A stretch of 59,767 nucleotides of DNA, the filler included. It is 4 parts of 4 records of this genome, joined end to end, with 100 filler letters (N's around TTAATTAATTAA, not from the genome) between each part and the next. Parts side by side here need not be neighbours in the genome. Positions count along the whole stretch, not along the records: positions 37,265 to 43,536 come from DRR723986_12507; positions 43,637 to 59,767 come from DRR723986_12520; 2 more parts are not named here. The stretch is one strand, 5' to 3'. Position 1 is the stretch's first letter; the number at the start of each line of letters is the position of its first letter. The notes beneath the pieces are model-generated. The model was not told where the DNA came from, did not search any database, and saw only the letters and a list, made by a program, of their open reading frames with translations. Of this stretch, positions 40,336 to 50,029 are shown piece after piece. The translations under genes and the position numbers were made by a program.

Positions 40336-41985
40336 ATGCTGCTTGGGTTAGAAATACGTGATATTCTCATCATCGACCGGTTGGAACTGGCGTTTCAACC
40401 GGGCTTGAATGTGCTGACGGGTGAAACCGGGGCGGGAAAATCCATTTTGCTGGATAGTCTGGGCTTTGTGCTGGGCTGGCGCGGGCGGGCTGAATTGGTG
40501 CGCAAAGGGGCAGCCCAGGGCGAGGTGCTGGCCGAATTTGATTTGCCCGCAGATCACCCGGCGCGCGCAGTGTTGCGCGAGGCGGGCTTGCCGGAAGACG
40601 ACAGTTTGTTGCTGCGCCGGGTCAACACTGTGGATGGGCGCAAAACCGCTTGGGTGAACGACCGCCGCTGCTCGGGCGAGGTGCTGCGGCAATTGTCGGA
40701 AACTTTGGTGGAACTGCATGGCCAGCACGACGACCGCGGGCTGCTTGATGCACGCGGGCACCGGCGCCTGCTGGATACGTTTGGCCAGCTTGATCCCCTG
40801 GTTGATGCCACGCGCCACCAGTGGCGGGCGTTGCGGCAGGCGCAAACGGCCCTAGAGGCTGCGCAAACCGCCCTGGCCCAAGTGGCCGCAGAAGAAGAAT
40901 TTTTGCGCCATGCGGTGGCCGAGCTGGATAAGCTGGCCCCGCAACCCGGCGAGGAAGAGGCGCTGGACAGCCGCCGCCGCCTGATGCAATCGGCCGCGCG
41001 TATCCGCGAGGATATCACCCGCGCCCATGCCGCATTGGCCAGCGATGGTGCCGAGGCGGCGATGGGCAATGCGCTGCGCTGGGTCGAAGGTGTGGCCGAG
41101 CGGGCGGGCGATGTGCTAACCCCCCCGATCGATGCGCTGGGCCGCGCTTTGGGCGAGGTGGCGGATGCCATCGCGGGGCTCGAGGCGGCTTTGGACCAGC
41201 TGGCCTTTAATGCGCATGAATTAGAAGAGGTGGAAGAGCGGCTTTTTGCCATTCGTGGGCTGGCGCGCAAGCATCAGATCGCCCCCGAAGACCTGCCCGC
41301 CTTTGCCGAAGATCTGCGCGCCCGGCTGGCCCGGCTTGATGCCGGCGCGGGCGATTTGGCCGCGCTGCGCCAGGCCGCGGCCCAGGCCCAAGCCAGCTAT
41401 GATACAGCTGCGCAGGCACTGAGCGCGGCGCGCGCCGCGGCGGCCTTGCGTTTGGATCAGGCGGTGATGGCCGAATTGGCGCCGCTGCGCATGGAACGGG
41501 CGGTGTTTGAAACCCAAATCACCCCGGCCGATCCCGGCCCCGAGGGGCGCGATATGGTGGCGTTTTCCGTGGCCACAAACCCCGGCGCCCCGGCTGGCGC
41601 CTTGGGCAAGATCGCCTCGGGCGGGGAATTGAGCCGCTTTATGCTGGCGCTTAAGGTCTGTTTGGTGGGCGAGCAATCCAGCGCCACGATGATTTTTGAT
41701 GAAATCGACCGCGGTGTGGGTGGCGCCACCGCCGATGCAGTGGGCCGCCGTTTGGCGGCGCTGGCCGAGGGCGGGCAGGTGCTGGTGGTAACCCATTCAC
41801 CGCAGGTGGCGGCCTTGGGTGCGCATCATTGGCGGGTGGAAAAGCGGGTTGTGGATGATCAAACCCTGTCCACCATAACGCCATTGGCCGATCAGGCGCG
41901 TATCGACGAAATCGCGCGCATGGTGTCAGGCGATACTATCACCAACGAGGCCCGCGCCGCGGCCCGTGCGCTGCTGCAATTTTAG
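40336..41985 (+). CDS. recN: DNA repair protein RecN
   Basis: TGETGAGKS, HGQHD, ASGGELSR, FDEID.GVGG, VTHSPQVAA. Confidence 0.97.
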   Translation: MLLGLEIRDILIIDRLELAFQPGLNVLTGETGAGKSILLDSLGFVLGWRGRAELVRKGAAQGEVLAEFDLPADHPARAVLREAGLPEDDSLLLRRVNTVDGRKTAWVNDRRCSGEVLRQLSETLVELHGQHDDRGLLDARGHRRLLDTFGQLDPLVDATRHQWRALRQAQTALEAAQTALAQVAAEEEFLRHAVAELDKLAPQPGEEEALDSRRRLMQSAARIREDITRAHAALASDGAEAAMGNALRWVEGVAERAGDVLTPPIDALGRALGEVADAIAGLEAALDQLAFNAHELEEVEERLFAIRGLARKHQIAPEDLPAFAEDLRARLARLDAGAGDLAALRQAAAQAQASYDTAAQALSAARAAAALRLDQAVMAELAPLRMERAVFETQITPADPGPEGRDMVAFSVATNPGAPAGALGKIASGGELSRFMLALKVCLVGEQSSATMIFDEIDRGVGGATADAVGRRLAALAEGGQVLVVTHSPQVAALGAHHWRVEKRVVDDQTLSTITPLADQARIDEIARMVSGDTITNEARAAARALLQF

Positions 41986-42024
41986 CCGCATCTGGCCCCT
42001 GTGCCGCTTTTATGGGGCCAGCTG

Positions 42025-42267
42025 TTATGGGGCCAGCGCATCAAAGATGGGCTTGTTCAGGCAAAATTCGGGCACGCTGTGGCTGTCTTGATCGGCCAAT
42101 GCGGTTTCACAGGCGCCCACATTGCGGCAATGGGTGCACAGCATCACCGCCTCGCGCAGCTTGGTGGCGCCCAAGCGCCCATTCAGAATGTTTCGCCCCA
42201 CATCAATGCCGGCTTTGTCGACCATGGCATGGACCAGATCGGCGTGCTTTTCCATTTTTCCAAACAT
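42025..42267 (-). CDS. DUF6455-like small Cys-rich protein
   Basis: C..C....C...L...P.FC.N pattern; AAGGTGA-like RBS. Confidence 0.7.
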   Translation of the reverse strand: MFGKMEKHADLVHAMVDKAGIDVGRNILNGRLGATKLREAVMLCTHCRNVGACETALADQDSHSVPEFCLNKPIFDALAP

Positions 42268-42421
42268 CGCTCTTCACCTTTCCCTTTCGTTTGTCACCGC
42301 TAGTTTGCACCGCAAGCAGCTTTGCGCCTTGACCTTGATCAAGTGCATTGTTGAAACGGGGCTAGACAGTGGGGCCGCAGCGGTTAGTCTTTGGCCCGAA
42401 GCGACGCGAGGGGATAACGCG

Positions 42422-43536
42422 ATGGAAAAGTTTGGCAAAAGTCAGTCTGTAAAGCGGGTCGAGGATATTCGGTTTCTTACCGGACAGGGCCAATATGTAG
42501 ATGATATTGCCCCGGTTGATGCGCTGGTGGGCTATGTTGTCCGCTCGCCCATGGCGCATGGCACGATCAGCATGCTTGATGTCTCCGAGGCACGCCAGGC
42601 ACCCGGTGTGCACTTGGTGCTGACAGCGGATGATCTGCACGCCAATGGCGTGACCGAGGGCATGGTGGCCACGGTGGTGAAAAACACCGATGGCACCGAT
42701 GGTGCCGCCCCCCGCCGCCCGCTGCTGGCCGAGGGGCGCGTGCGCTTTGTGGGCGAACCTGTGGCAATGATTTTCGCCGAAACAGCCGAACAAGCCCGCG
42801 ATGCGGCCGAGCTGGTCGTGCTGGATATCGACGAGCTGCCCGCCAAGCTGGATCTGGCCCCGGGCGGCGCCACCTTGCACGATGAGGCGCCGGAAAACCG
42901 CGCGTTTGATTGGTCGATGGGCGATAAGGCGGTGTGCGATGCGGCCTTTGCGGGGGCCGCCCATGTTGTGCGCCTGCGCGTCGAAGACAACCGCGTGATC
43001 GTAAACGCGATGGAGCCGCGCGGCTGTTTTGCAGAATTTGATGGCACCCGCCTGCATCTGTCGGTGAACGGGCAGGGGGTGTGGGGGCCCAAGGGGCAGC
43101 TTTCGAAAATTCTGGGCCTGGCCGAAGAAAACGTGCGCGTCACCAACCCCGATGTGGGCGGCGGTTTTGGCATGAAGGCCATGACTTATCCGGAATATTT
43201 CCTGTGTGCGCATGCGGCCATGCAGCTGGGGCGCGCGGTGCGCTGGATGTCGGATCGCACCGAAGCCATGCTCAGCGATAACGCCGGCCGCGATTTGTGG
43301 CATGATGTGGCATTGGCCTTTGATGGCAGCAAAAAGATTGTTGGCTACAGCGTGCATACCAAATGCAACCTTGGCGCTTATAACAGCCAATTCGGCCAGC
43401 CCATTCAAACCCAGCTCTTTAGCCGGGTTCTGACCGGTGTCTACGATGTGCAGGCCACCTATTTGCAGGTCGAGGGCTATTACACCAACACAACCCAGGT
43501 TGATGCCTATCGCGGCGCAGGCCGGCCCGAGGCGAT
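42422..43536 (+). CDS. Xanthine dehydrogenase/CoxL-like molybdopterin-binding subunit (3' truncated)
   Basis: RVEDIRFLTG.G.YVDD, RSP.AH, DVGGGFGMK, AYRGAGRPEA. Confidence 0.92.
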
Positions 43537-43636
43537 NNNNNNNNNNNNNNNNNNNNNNNNNNNNNNNNNNNNNNNNNNNNTTAATTAATTAANNNNNNNN
43601 NNNNNNNNNNNNNNNNNNNNNNNNNNNNNNNNNNNN
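43537..43636. other. Artificial contig spacer
   Basis: 44N-TTAATTAATTAA-44N. Confidence 0.99.
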
Positions 43637-43637
43637 C

Positions 43638-43928
43638 GACGCCTTGCGATCCGAGAAAAGAGAGCTGGATCAAACCGTCGCGGATGCGCGCATTGCGGCT
43701 GCCCGAGAGGCAGCACGGGCCGGAACCCTAAGCGGCAGGTCTGATGCGATTGCGGCTGATATCGCGGCGAGCGAGGACAGGCTTGCGCAGCTGAAGCGCG
43801 ATATCGAAGAAACTCAAAAGAAACAGGATCTTGAACGCCAGGAACCTGAGGCCGGAACCGATCTGCCATCGCCGCCCCCTTCTGCGGACGCCGCAATCGA
43901 TCCTGCCGACATTCAGAACCAAGAGTGA
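43638..43928 (+). CDS. C-terminal fragment of a coiled-coil protein (5' truncated)
   Basis: Heptad-like charged helix (ELDQTVADARI...LAQLKRDIEETQKK) and a Pro-rich tail; stops 10 nt before the next ATG. Confidence 0.65.
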   Translation, partial: DALRSEKRELDQTVADARIAAAREAARAGTLSGRSDAIAADIAASEDRLAQLKRDIEETQKKQDLERQEPEAGTDLPSPPPSADAAIDPADIQNQE

Positions 43929-43938
43929 GTGACCATCA

Positions 43939-46191
43939 ATGTTGTCCAATCTGACCGCGATCGTGCTCGTGACGGCCTCTGCACTGGCTTTGCTCTCGAT
44001 CGTCCAATTGCTGCTGGCCGCCCGGAACGATCGCGTTGCGACGGCGGCGGGACCGATTGAGGATCTCGCCGTCTACGAACGGCGATTGCAGGAGAAGAAG
44101 GACGCGGTTGCGGATATCGAGAACGAACTCGAGCTGCGCCGAAAGGCTCTGGGGGACGTCGCCGGTATGCAGGCGGAGGTCGATGCCCTTGTGCGGCAGC
44201 GCGAAACCTTGCTCGCCGAACACGCGACGCTGGAGGAGCGCAAGGCAGAAGTGCTGGCCGTTCGGTCCGATATGGAAGCAGCCCAGATAGAGCGGCAGTC
44301 GCTCGAAGCCGAGTTGATCGAAAAGCGCGAAGAATACCTCGCGGTCAAGGACCGCCTGGAAAAGGCGGAACGGCTCGTGCATCAGATTTCTGCCCTTTCT
44401 GCCGAGAAGGCGGAATTGGATCGCGCCATCGATGACCTGCGCGATGAGGTGCGCCGCCTGCAGGATGCGGAGAAACGCGTGGCGGACCTGTCGCAGCGGG
44501 CGCTCGATCTGGAAGCCGACTTGGCGCGCAAGGCAGGGGCGCTTGCATCACGCGAGAGCGATCTGGCGGAGGTGAGCGAGCGCCTTTCGGCAGAGCGGTC
44601 ACGGATTGCCGAAAGCAGTGCCGCGCTTTCGCAGGTGCAGGCAGAGAAGGCCGCCGAAGATCAATCCCTGGCGCGATTGAAAAGCGAGGCGATCGAGGCG
44701 CAGGAACGCTGTGATGCCCTGCGAGCGGCAGTCGGTGCACGCGAAGCCGATGTTCGTCGCCTGGATACGCAGATTCAGGAGCGGAATGGCAAGGTCACGT
44801 CTCTGGCTGCCGACATCGAGGCCCAGAAAGCGCTCAAGGTCGATCTCGAGGATGAGCTGACATCCTTGCGCATCGAAGTCGCCTCCGCCGAAGAGGCCTT
44901 TGCGGAACGGAACGGCGAACTGGATGCGATGGCAGATCGCCGGGTTCGGATGGAGGCCAAGCTTGCAAACTTGCAAGCGGCCATCGAACAGAGCCAGGGG
45001 GCCGCGGCGGGCGGTGGCACATCGACCGTCGATCCGTTGAAGGAACTGAAGGAGCGCCCGCCGGTCATCGTGCAGTTGGAGAACCTCGACGCACCGGGGC
45101 AGATCTACGAAGGCGAGGCGATCCACAACGTGGAAAAACGCCTGCAAGCCTTCGGACTGGATTACCATCCGCGTGTGATCCGGGCCTTCCATACGGCCAT
45201 GAAGGTCAACGAGAGCACGCAGATGGCGGTGCTCGCCGGGATTTCCGGCACGGGCAAGAGCCAGCTGCCCCGGCAATACGCCAGCGCCATGGGGATCGGG
45301 TTCCTCCAGGTGCCGGTGCAGCCGCGATGGGACAGCCCGCAGGACCTCATGGGCTTCTACAACTACATCGAGGGCAAGTTCCGCCCGACCGACATGGCGC
45401 GTGCTCTCTGGGCGCTGGACGGGCACAACAACGTGGACGCAGTCGAAGACCGGATGATGATGGTGCTGCTCGACGAGATGAACCTCGCGCGGGTCGAATA
45501 CTACTTCTCCGATTTCCTCAGCCGCTTGGAAAGCCGACCGTCGCGGGATCGAACGGACGACAAGGGGCTGCGCAAGGACGCGGAGATCGAGCTCGAAATC
45601 CCGAAGCTTGCGCAGCCGCCGCGCATCTTCCCGGGATACAACCTGCTGTTTGCTGGCACGATGAACGAGGATGAAAGCACGCAATCGCTGTCGGACAAGG
45701 TCGTGGACCGCGCCAACATCCTGCGGTTTGCAGCGCCGAAGAAGATCCAGGCGGGGGCACGGCAAGGCGATGTTCCGGAGGTGCGTGCCCTGTCGCAGGG
45801 CAAATGGCAGTCTTGGGTGAAGCCGGTCTCGTCGGTCGCGGGCAACGAGATGGTGACCGCCAGCGTGGAACGCATGGTGGACTTGATGCGCAGCTTCGGC
45901 AGGCCTTTCGGTCACCGCCTTGGCCGTGCGATCATGGATTACGTCGCGAATTATCCCGAGGCCGACGGTGTGGACCGCATCCGCGCAGGCCTGGCCGATC
46001 AGGTCGAAATGCGCCTTCTGCCCAAGCTGCGCGGGGTCGAGGTCGATGACATGGAGCATGTCTTTGGCGAGTTGACGGCTTTTGTCGAGAATGACCTGGG
46101 TGACGCGGTCCTGGCAGATGCCATTCGGGCGTCGAAGGATGCGGCAGAGGCTTCGACCGGGCAGTTCGTCTGGAACGGGGTGACGCGCTGA
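43939..46191 (+). CDS. Membrane-anchored coiled-coil McrB-like AAA+ GTPase (NxD type)
   Basis: N-terminal hydrophobic helix, about 310 aa coiled coil, Walker A GISGTGKS, VQPRWDSPQDLMGFYN, Walker B LLDEMNLARVEYYFSDFLS, GTMNEDE, LSDKVVDRA. Confidence 0.85.
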   Translation: MLSNLTAIVLVTASALALLSIVQLLLAARNDRVATAAGPIEDLAVYERRLQEKKDAVADIENELELRRKALGDVAGMQAEVDALVRQRETLLAEHATLEERKAEVLAVRSDMEAAQIERQSLEAELIEKREEYLAVKDRLEKAERLVHQISALSAEKAELDRAIDDLRDEVRRLQDAEKRVADLSQRALDLEADLARKAGALASRESDLAEVSERLSAERSRIAESSAALSQVQAEKAAEDQSLARLKSEAIEAQERCDALRAAVGAREADVRRLDTQIQERNGKVTSLAADIEAQKALKVDLEDELTSLRIEVASAEEAFAERNGELDAMADRRVRMEAKLANLQAAIEQSQGAAAGGGTSTVDPLKELKERPPVIVQLENLDAPGQIYEGEAIHNVEKRLQAFGLDYHPRVIRAFHTAMKVNESTQMAVLAGISGTGKSQLPRQYASAMGIGFLQVPVQPRWDSPQDLMGFYNYIEGKFRPTDMARALWALDGHNNVDAVEDRMMMVLLDEMNLARVEYYFSDFLSRLESRPSRDRTDDKGLRKDAEIELEIPKLAQPPRIFPGYNLLFAGTMNEDESTQSLSDKVVDRANILRFAAPKKIQAGARQGDVPEVRALSQGKWQSWVKPVSSVAGNEMVTASVERMVDLMRSFGRPFGHRLGRAIMDYVANYPEADGVDRIRAGLADQVEMRLLPKLRGVEVDDMEHVFGELTAFVENDLGDAVLADAIRASKDAAEASTGQFVWNGVTR

Positions 46192-47702
46192 TGCCGCGAT
46201 TGCCGCGTCCCTGGTCCGGACAGTTCGGGGACGATGCCGCCGCCTTCGGGCCCGGTGACTGCCTCCTGAGCGAGGGAGATCTGCCCGGGCGCGAGGAAAA
46301 GGTCCTGCTCATGCCGGGGGAGGTCCGAGGCGTGAACCGGGCGCTGTGGTTGCACCCCTATCCTCGCAAGGGCGCGGCAGGTTCGCCAGAGCGGTCGGGC
46401 TTTCCGATCCGACCGAAGATCGGGACGGAGCCGCAGAACGGCGAGGATACGCTGCCCTTCGATACCCTGCGCCGGATGAACGAAGTCATGGCGCGTCTAC
46501 AGGAACTCGAAGAGGCGCTGGACGATCCGGCGAATGTCTGGTCGCGCCTGCGCGCGGCATGGAAGCGTGCCGAGAACGAGGAAGACCCGCGCATGGCCGA
46601 AATCGTGCGGCAGGCGCGCGACCTCGGCCCGGTGGCGCGCGATCTGGAAAAGCGGATCAGGCGGGTGCTGCGCAGGCAACGTGAGATGACGCCGTTGGAC
46701 CGTGTTCAAGAGATGGACCGCGCCTCGATGGTTTGGCTGAGCCGCCAGCCGGGACGTGGAATTGCCGAACGCGCGGGTGCAAGTCAGCGCATCCTGGCGA
46801 CGGTGCGGCGAGAGAATTTCGATACGCTGGAAAACCGCGTCCTGCGGGCATGGCTGGGGCTGGCAGAGGCGGTGGCGCGCGAATGGCTGCGCGAGCACGC
46901 GCGGGCGCGAGAAAGCGCTCGGTTCCGATCTGTCGAGGCGCTGCGGAAACTGTGCCGACGGATGAACGACGAACTGGACCAGCTGGGGGTCAATGTCGCA
47001 CAGCCGGGGATCACGCCGAACTACGTCCTTATGCAGGACCGCGGCTATCGGCGCATATACGACGCATGGCAACGCCTGTTGAAGCGCGACCAAGCTCTGG
47101 ATCAACTTTGGGCATGGCAGGCCCAGTCTTGGACGGATTTCGCGGTTCTCGCGATCGTCCTTGCGCTGGACGACTTGCCGGACGTCGAATTGATCGCGCA
47201 ATCGCCGATGCTGTGGAACTCGGAAGCCCGCGCCGGGCGCTGGTTCGACCAGGATCGACCCTTGGCCATCTTCTGGCTAAAACGCATCGGGCGTGTCGTC
47301 GAAGTTATGGCGCGACCGGAACAGCCCGGCACCATGCTGACCCTGGCGCGCGCGCATGTCGCGTTGCGGATATCTGATCCTGCCGGGGTCGAGATGGATC
47401 AGCGAATTCCGGTCTGGACGCCCCATGCGATGCTGCCTTTGGACATGGGGACGATTGCGCGTGACGCGATGGGCTGCCTTGCCCAGTTGCAGATCGCAAA
47501 ACGTCAATTGAGCGCGATGGACACGATTCACAGCGGTTTGGTTCTTGCGCCGACCCATGGCGATTCAGTGGCTGTGCGCAAATCCGATGGCCCGCTGACA
47601 GTCGATGCCATCAGCCTCGGCGCATCGGGCGAGGCGCTGGGGCAGGGCATCGCGTCGCTCAAGGCCTATGCCGAAAGCCAGTTCTCGGAGGTGCACGGAT
47701 GA
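46191..47702 (+). CDS. DUF2357 McrC-like protein, nuclease motif apparently degenerate
   Basis: DTLENRVL and PNYVLMQDRGYRRIY DUF2357 motifs; TGATG overlap with the GTPase; no PD...D/ExK seen. Confidence 0.75.
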   Translation: MPRLPRPWSGQFGDDAAAFGPGDCLLSEGDLPGREEKVLLMPGEVRGVNRALWLHPYPRKGAAGSPERSGFPIRPKIGTEPQNGEDTLPFDTLRRMNEVMARLQELEEALDDPANVWSRLRAAWKRAENEEDPRMAEIVRQARDLGPVARDLEKRIRRVLRRQREMTPLDRVQEMDRASMVWLSRQPGRGIAERAGASQRILATVRRENFDTLENRVLRAWLGLAEAVAREWLREHARARESARFRSVEALRKLCRRMNDELDQLGVNVAQPGITPNYVLMQDRGYRRIYDAWQRLLKRDQALDQLWAWQAQSWTDFAVLAIVLALDDLPDVELIAQSPMLWNSEARAGRWFDQDRPLAIFWLKRIGRVVEVMARPEQPGTMLTLARAHVALRISDPAGVEMDQRIPVWTPHAMLPLDMGTIARDAMGCLAQLQIAKRQLSAMDTIHSGLVLAPTHGDSVAVRKSDGPLTVDAISLGASGEALGQGIASLKAYAESQFSEVHG

Positions 47703-50029
47703 GCTTTACGAAGCTGTGCGGCTACGATGTGAACGGGTACCGCGACCTGGCCGCGCGAAACTGGGAAATCTCCGCCGACGGCGAAGAGCGCCAGAACATC
47801 CAGATCACGCACGGCGGGTTGCTGTCGTCTGTGGTGCGGGCCGGTACAGGGCCCGACATGCGCTGGATCGGCGGTGCGCAGGCAGCGCTTGCTCCGCACG
47901 GGCGCGGCGATGGCTGGGGAGAGATCGGCAAGGCAGGGCGCCGGTCCTTGACCCGCTGCCTGTTGACCGGAAGGAATGACGACGTGGAAGCGCTCGGCGC
48001 TGCCTTTTCCGGCTTGGTCACGGGTGCGCGGTATAACGTGATGGCCGTCGATGACGTCGGACGCGATGTCGAGGCCCAGCAGGAACGGGTCCTGCGTGCA
48101 GCGCAGAAGGCTCACCTGTCCAATCCGCTGCTCGTCTGGCGCAGCGTCCTTGCGGTTCTGTACCACGTTTCCCTTGGAACGCTTGCAGAGGGGCGGCGCG
48201 TGGGCATCATCAGCCATTGCGAAGACGGGCTCGCCGTACAACAGATGCGCATCCTGTCCCGTGACGGCGTGTTGGCGCCAGAGCGAAACCGACCCGCACG
48301 ATTGGTGCCCTCGGCCGCCGGGCTTGGTGAGCTTGTGATGGCGGCGCGCCACGTCATGCTGGGCGGCGAAAGGATATCGCAGGGCAATGCCCATCGTCCC
48401 CAGGCCAGAATGGTCGGGACGCTTGCCTTGGGGGAGCCGGTTTCGGCAGAACTGCTGCGGAACAACCGTGGCCGCTGGGATCTGATCGAGCCTATGACCA
48501 TGACGCTGCCAGTCCGCGATTTCGAGCGCGAAGACTTGGCCAGCCTGAGGGATTGTGACGTCGTGCTCTTCGAAACCGTCGCAACCGGTGTCGTCGCGGA
48601 CACGGTGGCCGGTTGGTGTGCCGCGATGCTGGCTCGTGACGTAGCGCGGTTGCCGCAGGAGGCCGTTGCACGCGGTGCGCTCGAAGCGGCGCGACGCATC
48701 CAGAGGCGCGAACCCGTCTACTTCGACTTCCTGCCGCAGATTTCGACCATCGTTCAGACGGGCAGCAAGGCTGGCAATTACGACTTGATCCGTGCGGGCG
48801 ATACGGTCGAGGCAGGCCGCCTCTATCGCAGTCCGGAACCGGCGCAGATGGCCATCCCGGCGCGGCAGAACGCAATATCGGTCTACCTGCGCAAGGAGAT
48901 GATTGCCCAACCGCGCCGCGCCACGGTCGAGATCGGCGCCCCCTTGCAGGCCGCCGCGCCGGTGGACTTGCTCGTCGAGCAAAAGCCGGTCTCCGGCCGG
49001 GCCCGCATCCTGATGGAAGCGCGGTCCATAGGACGGCAATTTACCGTCGATTGGGACGAGGCCGAAGTCGTCGACACGGATTGGGACACCCTGATCGCGT
49101 CGCTCGAAGCGCCCCGACCTTCGGTCCCCGACAGGCTGGTTCTCGGGGCGGCGCTGGATGCCTGGCAGACCGGGATGACCGAACTTCTGGAGGAGAACGC
49201 GGACCGGAGCGATGTGGACTGGACGGCTCTCGCCCAGAAGATGCGATCGGGGGTCAATCAGAGCTATTGCGTGTCGAGCGATGGCGAACTGCCACCCGGC
49301 CTGTCGCGCCTCGACATCGAACGCCTGGACAGGCTGACGGAGCGTGCCCTCGTAGAGACCGAGGAGCGCGTCGCCGGGCGCAGGCGGGGCGACAACGATG
49401 CGCTGGCGTTTCTGACCTGGCAGTTCCGCCGCTGTCCAAGGCAGTTGCTCCCGATGTTGATGGACTGCCTGACTGGAAACGGGGACCATCCGTTCGTCTG
49501 GAGGCCGATGAACTGGGTCCTGATCTATCAGGGCTTGGCCCGCATCGTTTCCGATCCTGACGACGAGGCGCGTTTGCTCCGTCACATCCTGCAGTCGCCA
49601 ATCGGTGAATCCGAATGGCGTACGAAAACCGCCTGCATCGCCATGGTCCTTTCGCGCTCGGAAACGGCGCCGCATTCATTGGTGCGCGAGGATATCGACG
49701 TGCTGGCGCGTCGTGCGATCTTCGAATTCGGCGAGGTGGTTGGAGATGGATATACCCGTTTCCTCTACGCACGTTTCCTGTTGGGCGGGCTGCTGCGGTG
49801 GAGAGCCGTCGATCCCTATGCCTTGGTTCCGGGCTACGACCCGCTTGGCGAGCGCCTTGTTCACTCGATCGAGGCCATCCTCGCGGACTTCGACCTACGG
49901 GCCAGAAGGCACCGAGAAGTGGCAACTGCAGAACGGCGGCTTCGACCGACCTTCGAGGGCCTCCTGTCGGAACTCAAGGGGGACGGCGGCAGCCCGGATC
50001 TGCTGTTGAACATCTACCAAAGCAGTTGA
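47699..50029 (+). CDS. Divergent Hsp70/actin-fold protein with extra C-terminal helical domain
   Basis: CGYDVNG, RAAQKA..SNPLLVWRSVLAVL, EAVARGALEAA and YFDFLP..STI...LIRAG appear in Hsp70 order; ATGA overlap. Confidence 0.65.
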   Translation: MSFTKLCGYDVNGYRDLAARNWEISADGEERQNIQITHGGLLSSVVRAGTGPDMRWIGGAQAALAPHGRGDGWGEIGKAGRRSLTRCLLTGRNDDVEALGAAFSGLVTGARYNVMAVDDVGRDVEAQQERVLRAAQKAHLSNPLLVWRSVLAVLYHVSLGTLAEGRRVGIISHCEDGLAVQQMRILSRDGVLAPERNRPARLVPSAAGLGELVMAARHVMLGGERISQGNAHRPQARMVGTLALGEPVSAELLRNNRGRWDLIEPMTMTLPVRDFEREDLASLRDCDVVLFETVATGVVADTVAGWCAAMLARDVARLPQEAVARGALEAARRIQRREPVYFDFLPQISTIVQTGSKAGNYDLIRAGDTVEAGRLYRSPEPAQMAIPARQNAISVYLRKEMIAQPRRATVEIGAPLQAAAPVDLLVEQKPVSGRARILMEARSIGRQFTVDWDEAEVVDTDWDTLIASLEAPRPSVPDRLVLGAALDAWQTGMTELLEENADRSDVDWTALAQKMRSGVNQSYCVSSDGELPPGLSRLDIERLDRLTERALVETEERVAGRRRGDNDALAFLTWQFRRCPRQLLPMLMDCLTGNGDHPFVWRPMNWVLIYQGLARIVSDPDDEARLLRHILQSPIGESEWRTKTACIAMVLSRSETAPHSLVREDIDVLARRAIFEFGEVVGDGYTRFLYARFLLGGLLRWRAVDPYALVPGYDPLGERLVHSIEAILADFDLRARRHREVATAERRLRPTFEGLLSELKGDGGSPDLLLNIYQSS

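Noticed and set aside
42422-43536. Form I aerobic CO dehydrogenase large subunit
   Set aside because: The active-site loop is AYRGAGR, not AYxCSFR; this is a generic molybdo-hydroxylase/form II-like subunit.
43939-46191. SMC/chromosome segregation protein
   Set aside because: Both Walker motifs are together at the C-terminus with McrB-type signatures, not split around the coiled coil.
13991-50029. Functional link between grpE-dnaJ and the Hsp70-like gene
   Set aside because: They lie on different contigs from different phyla.
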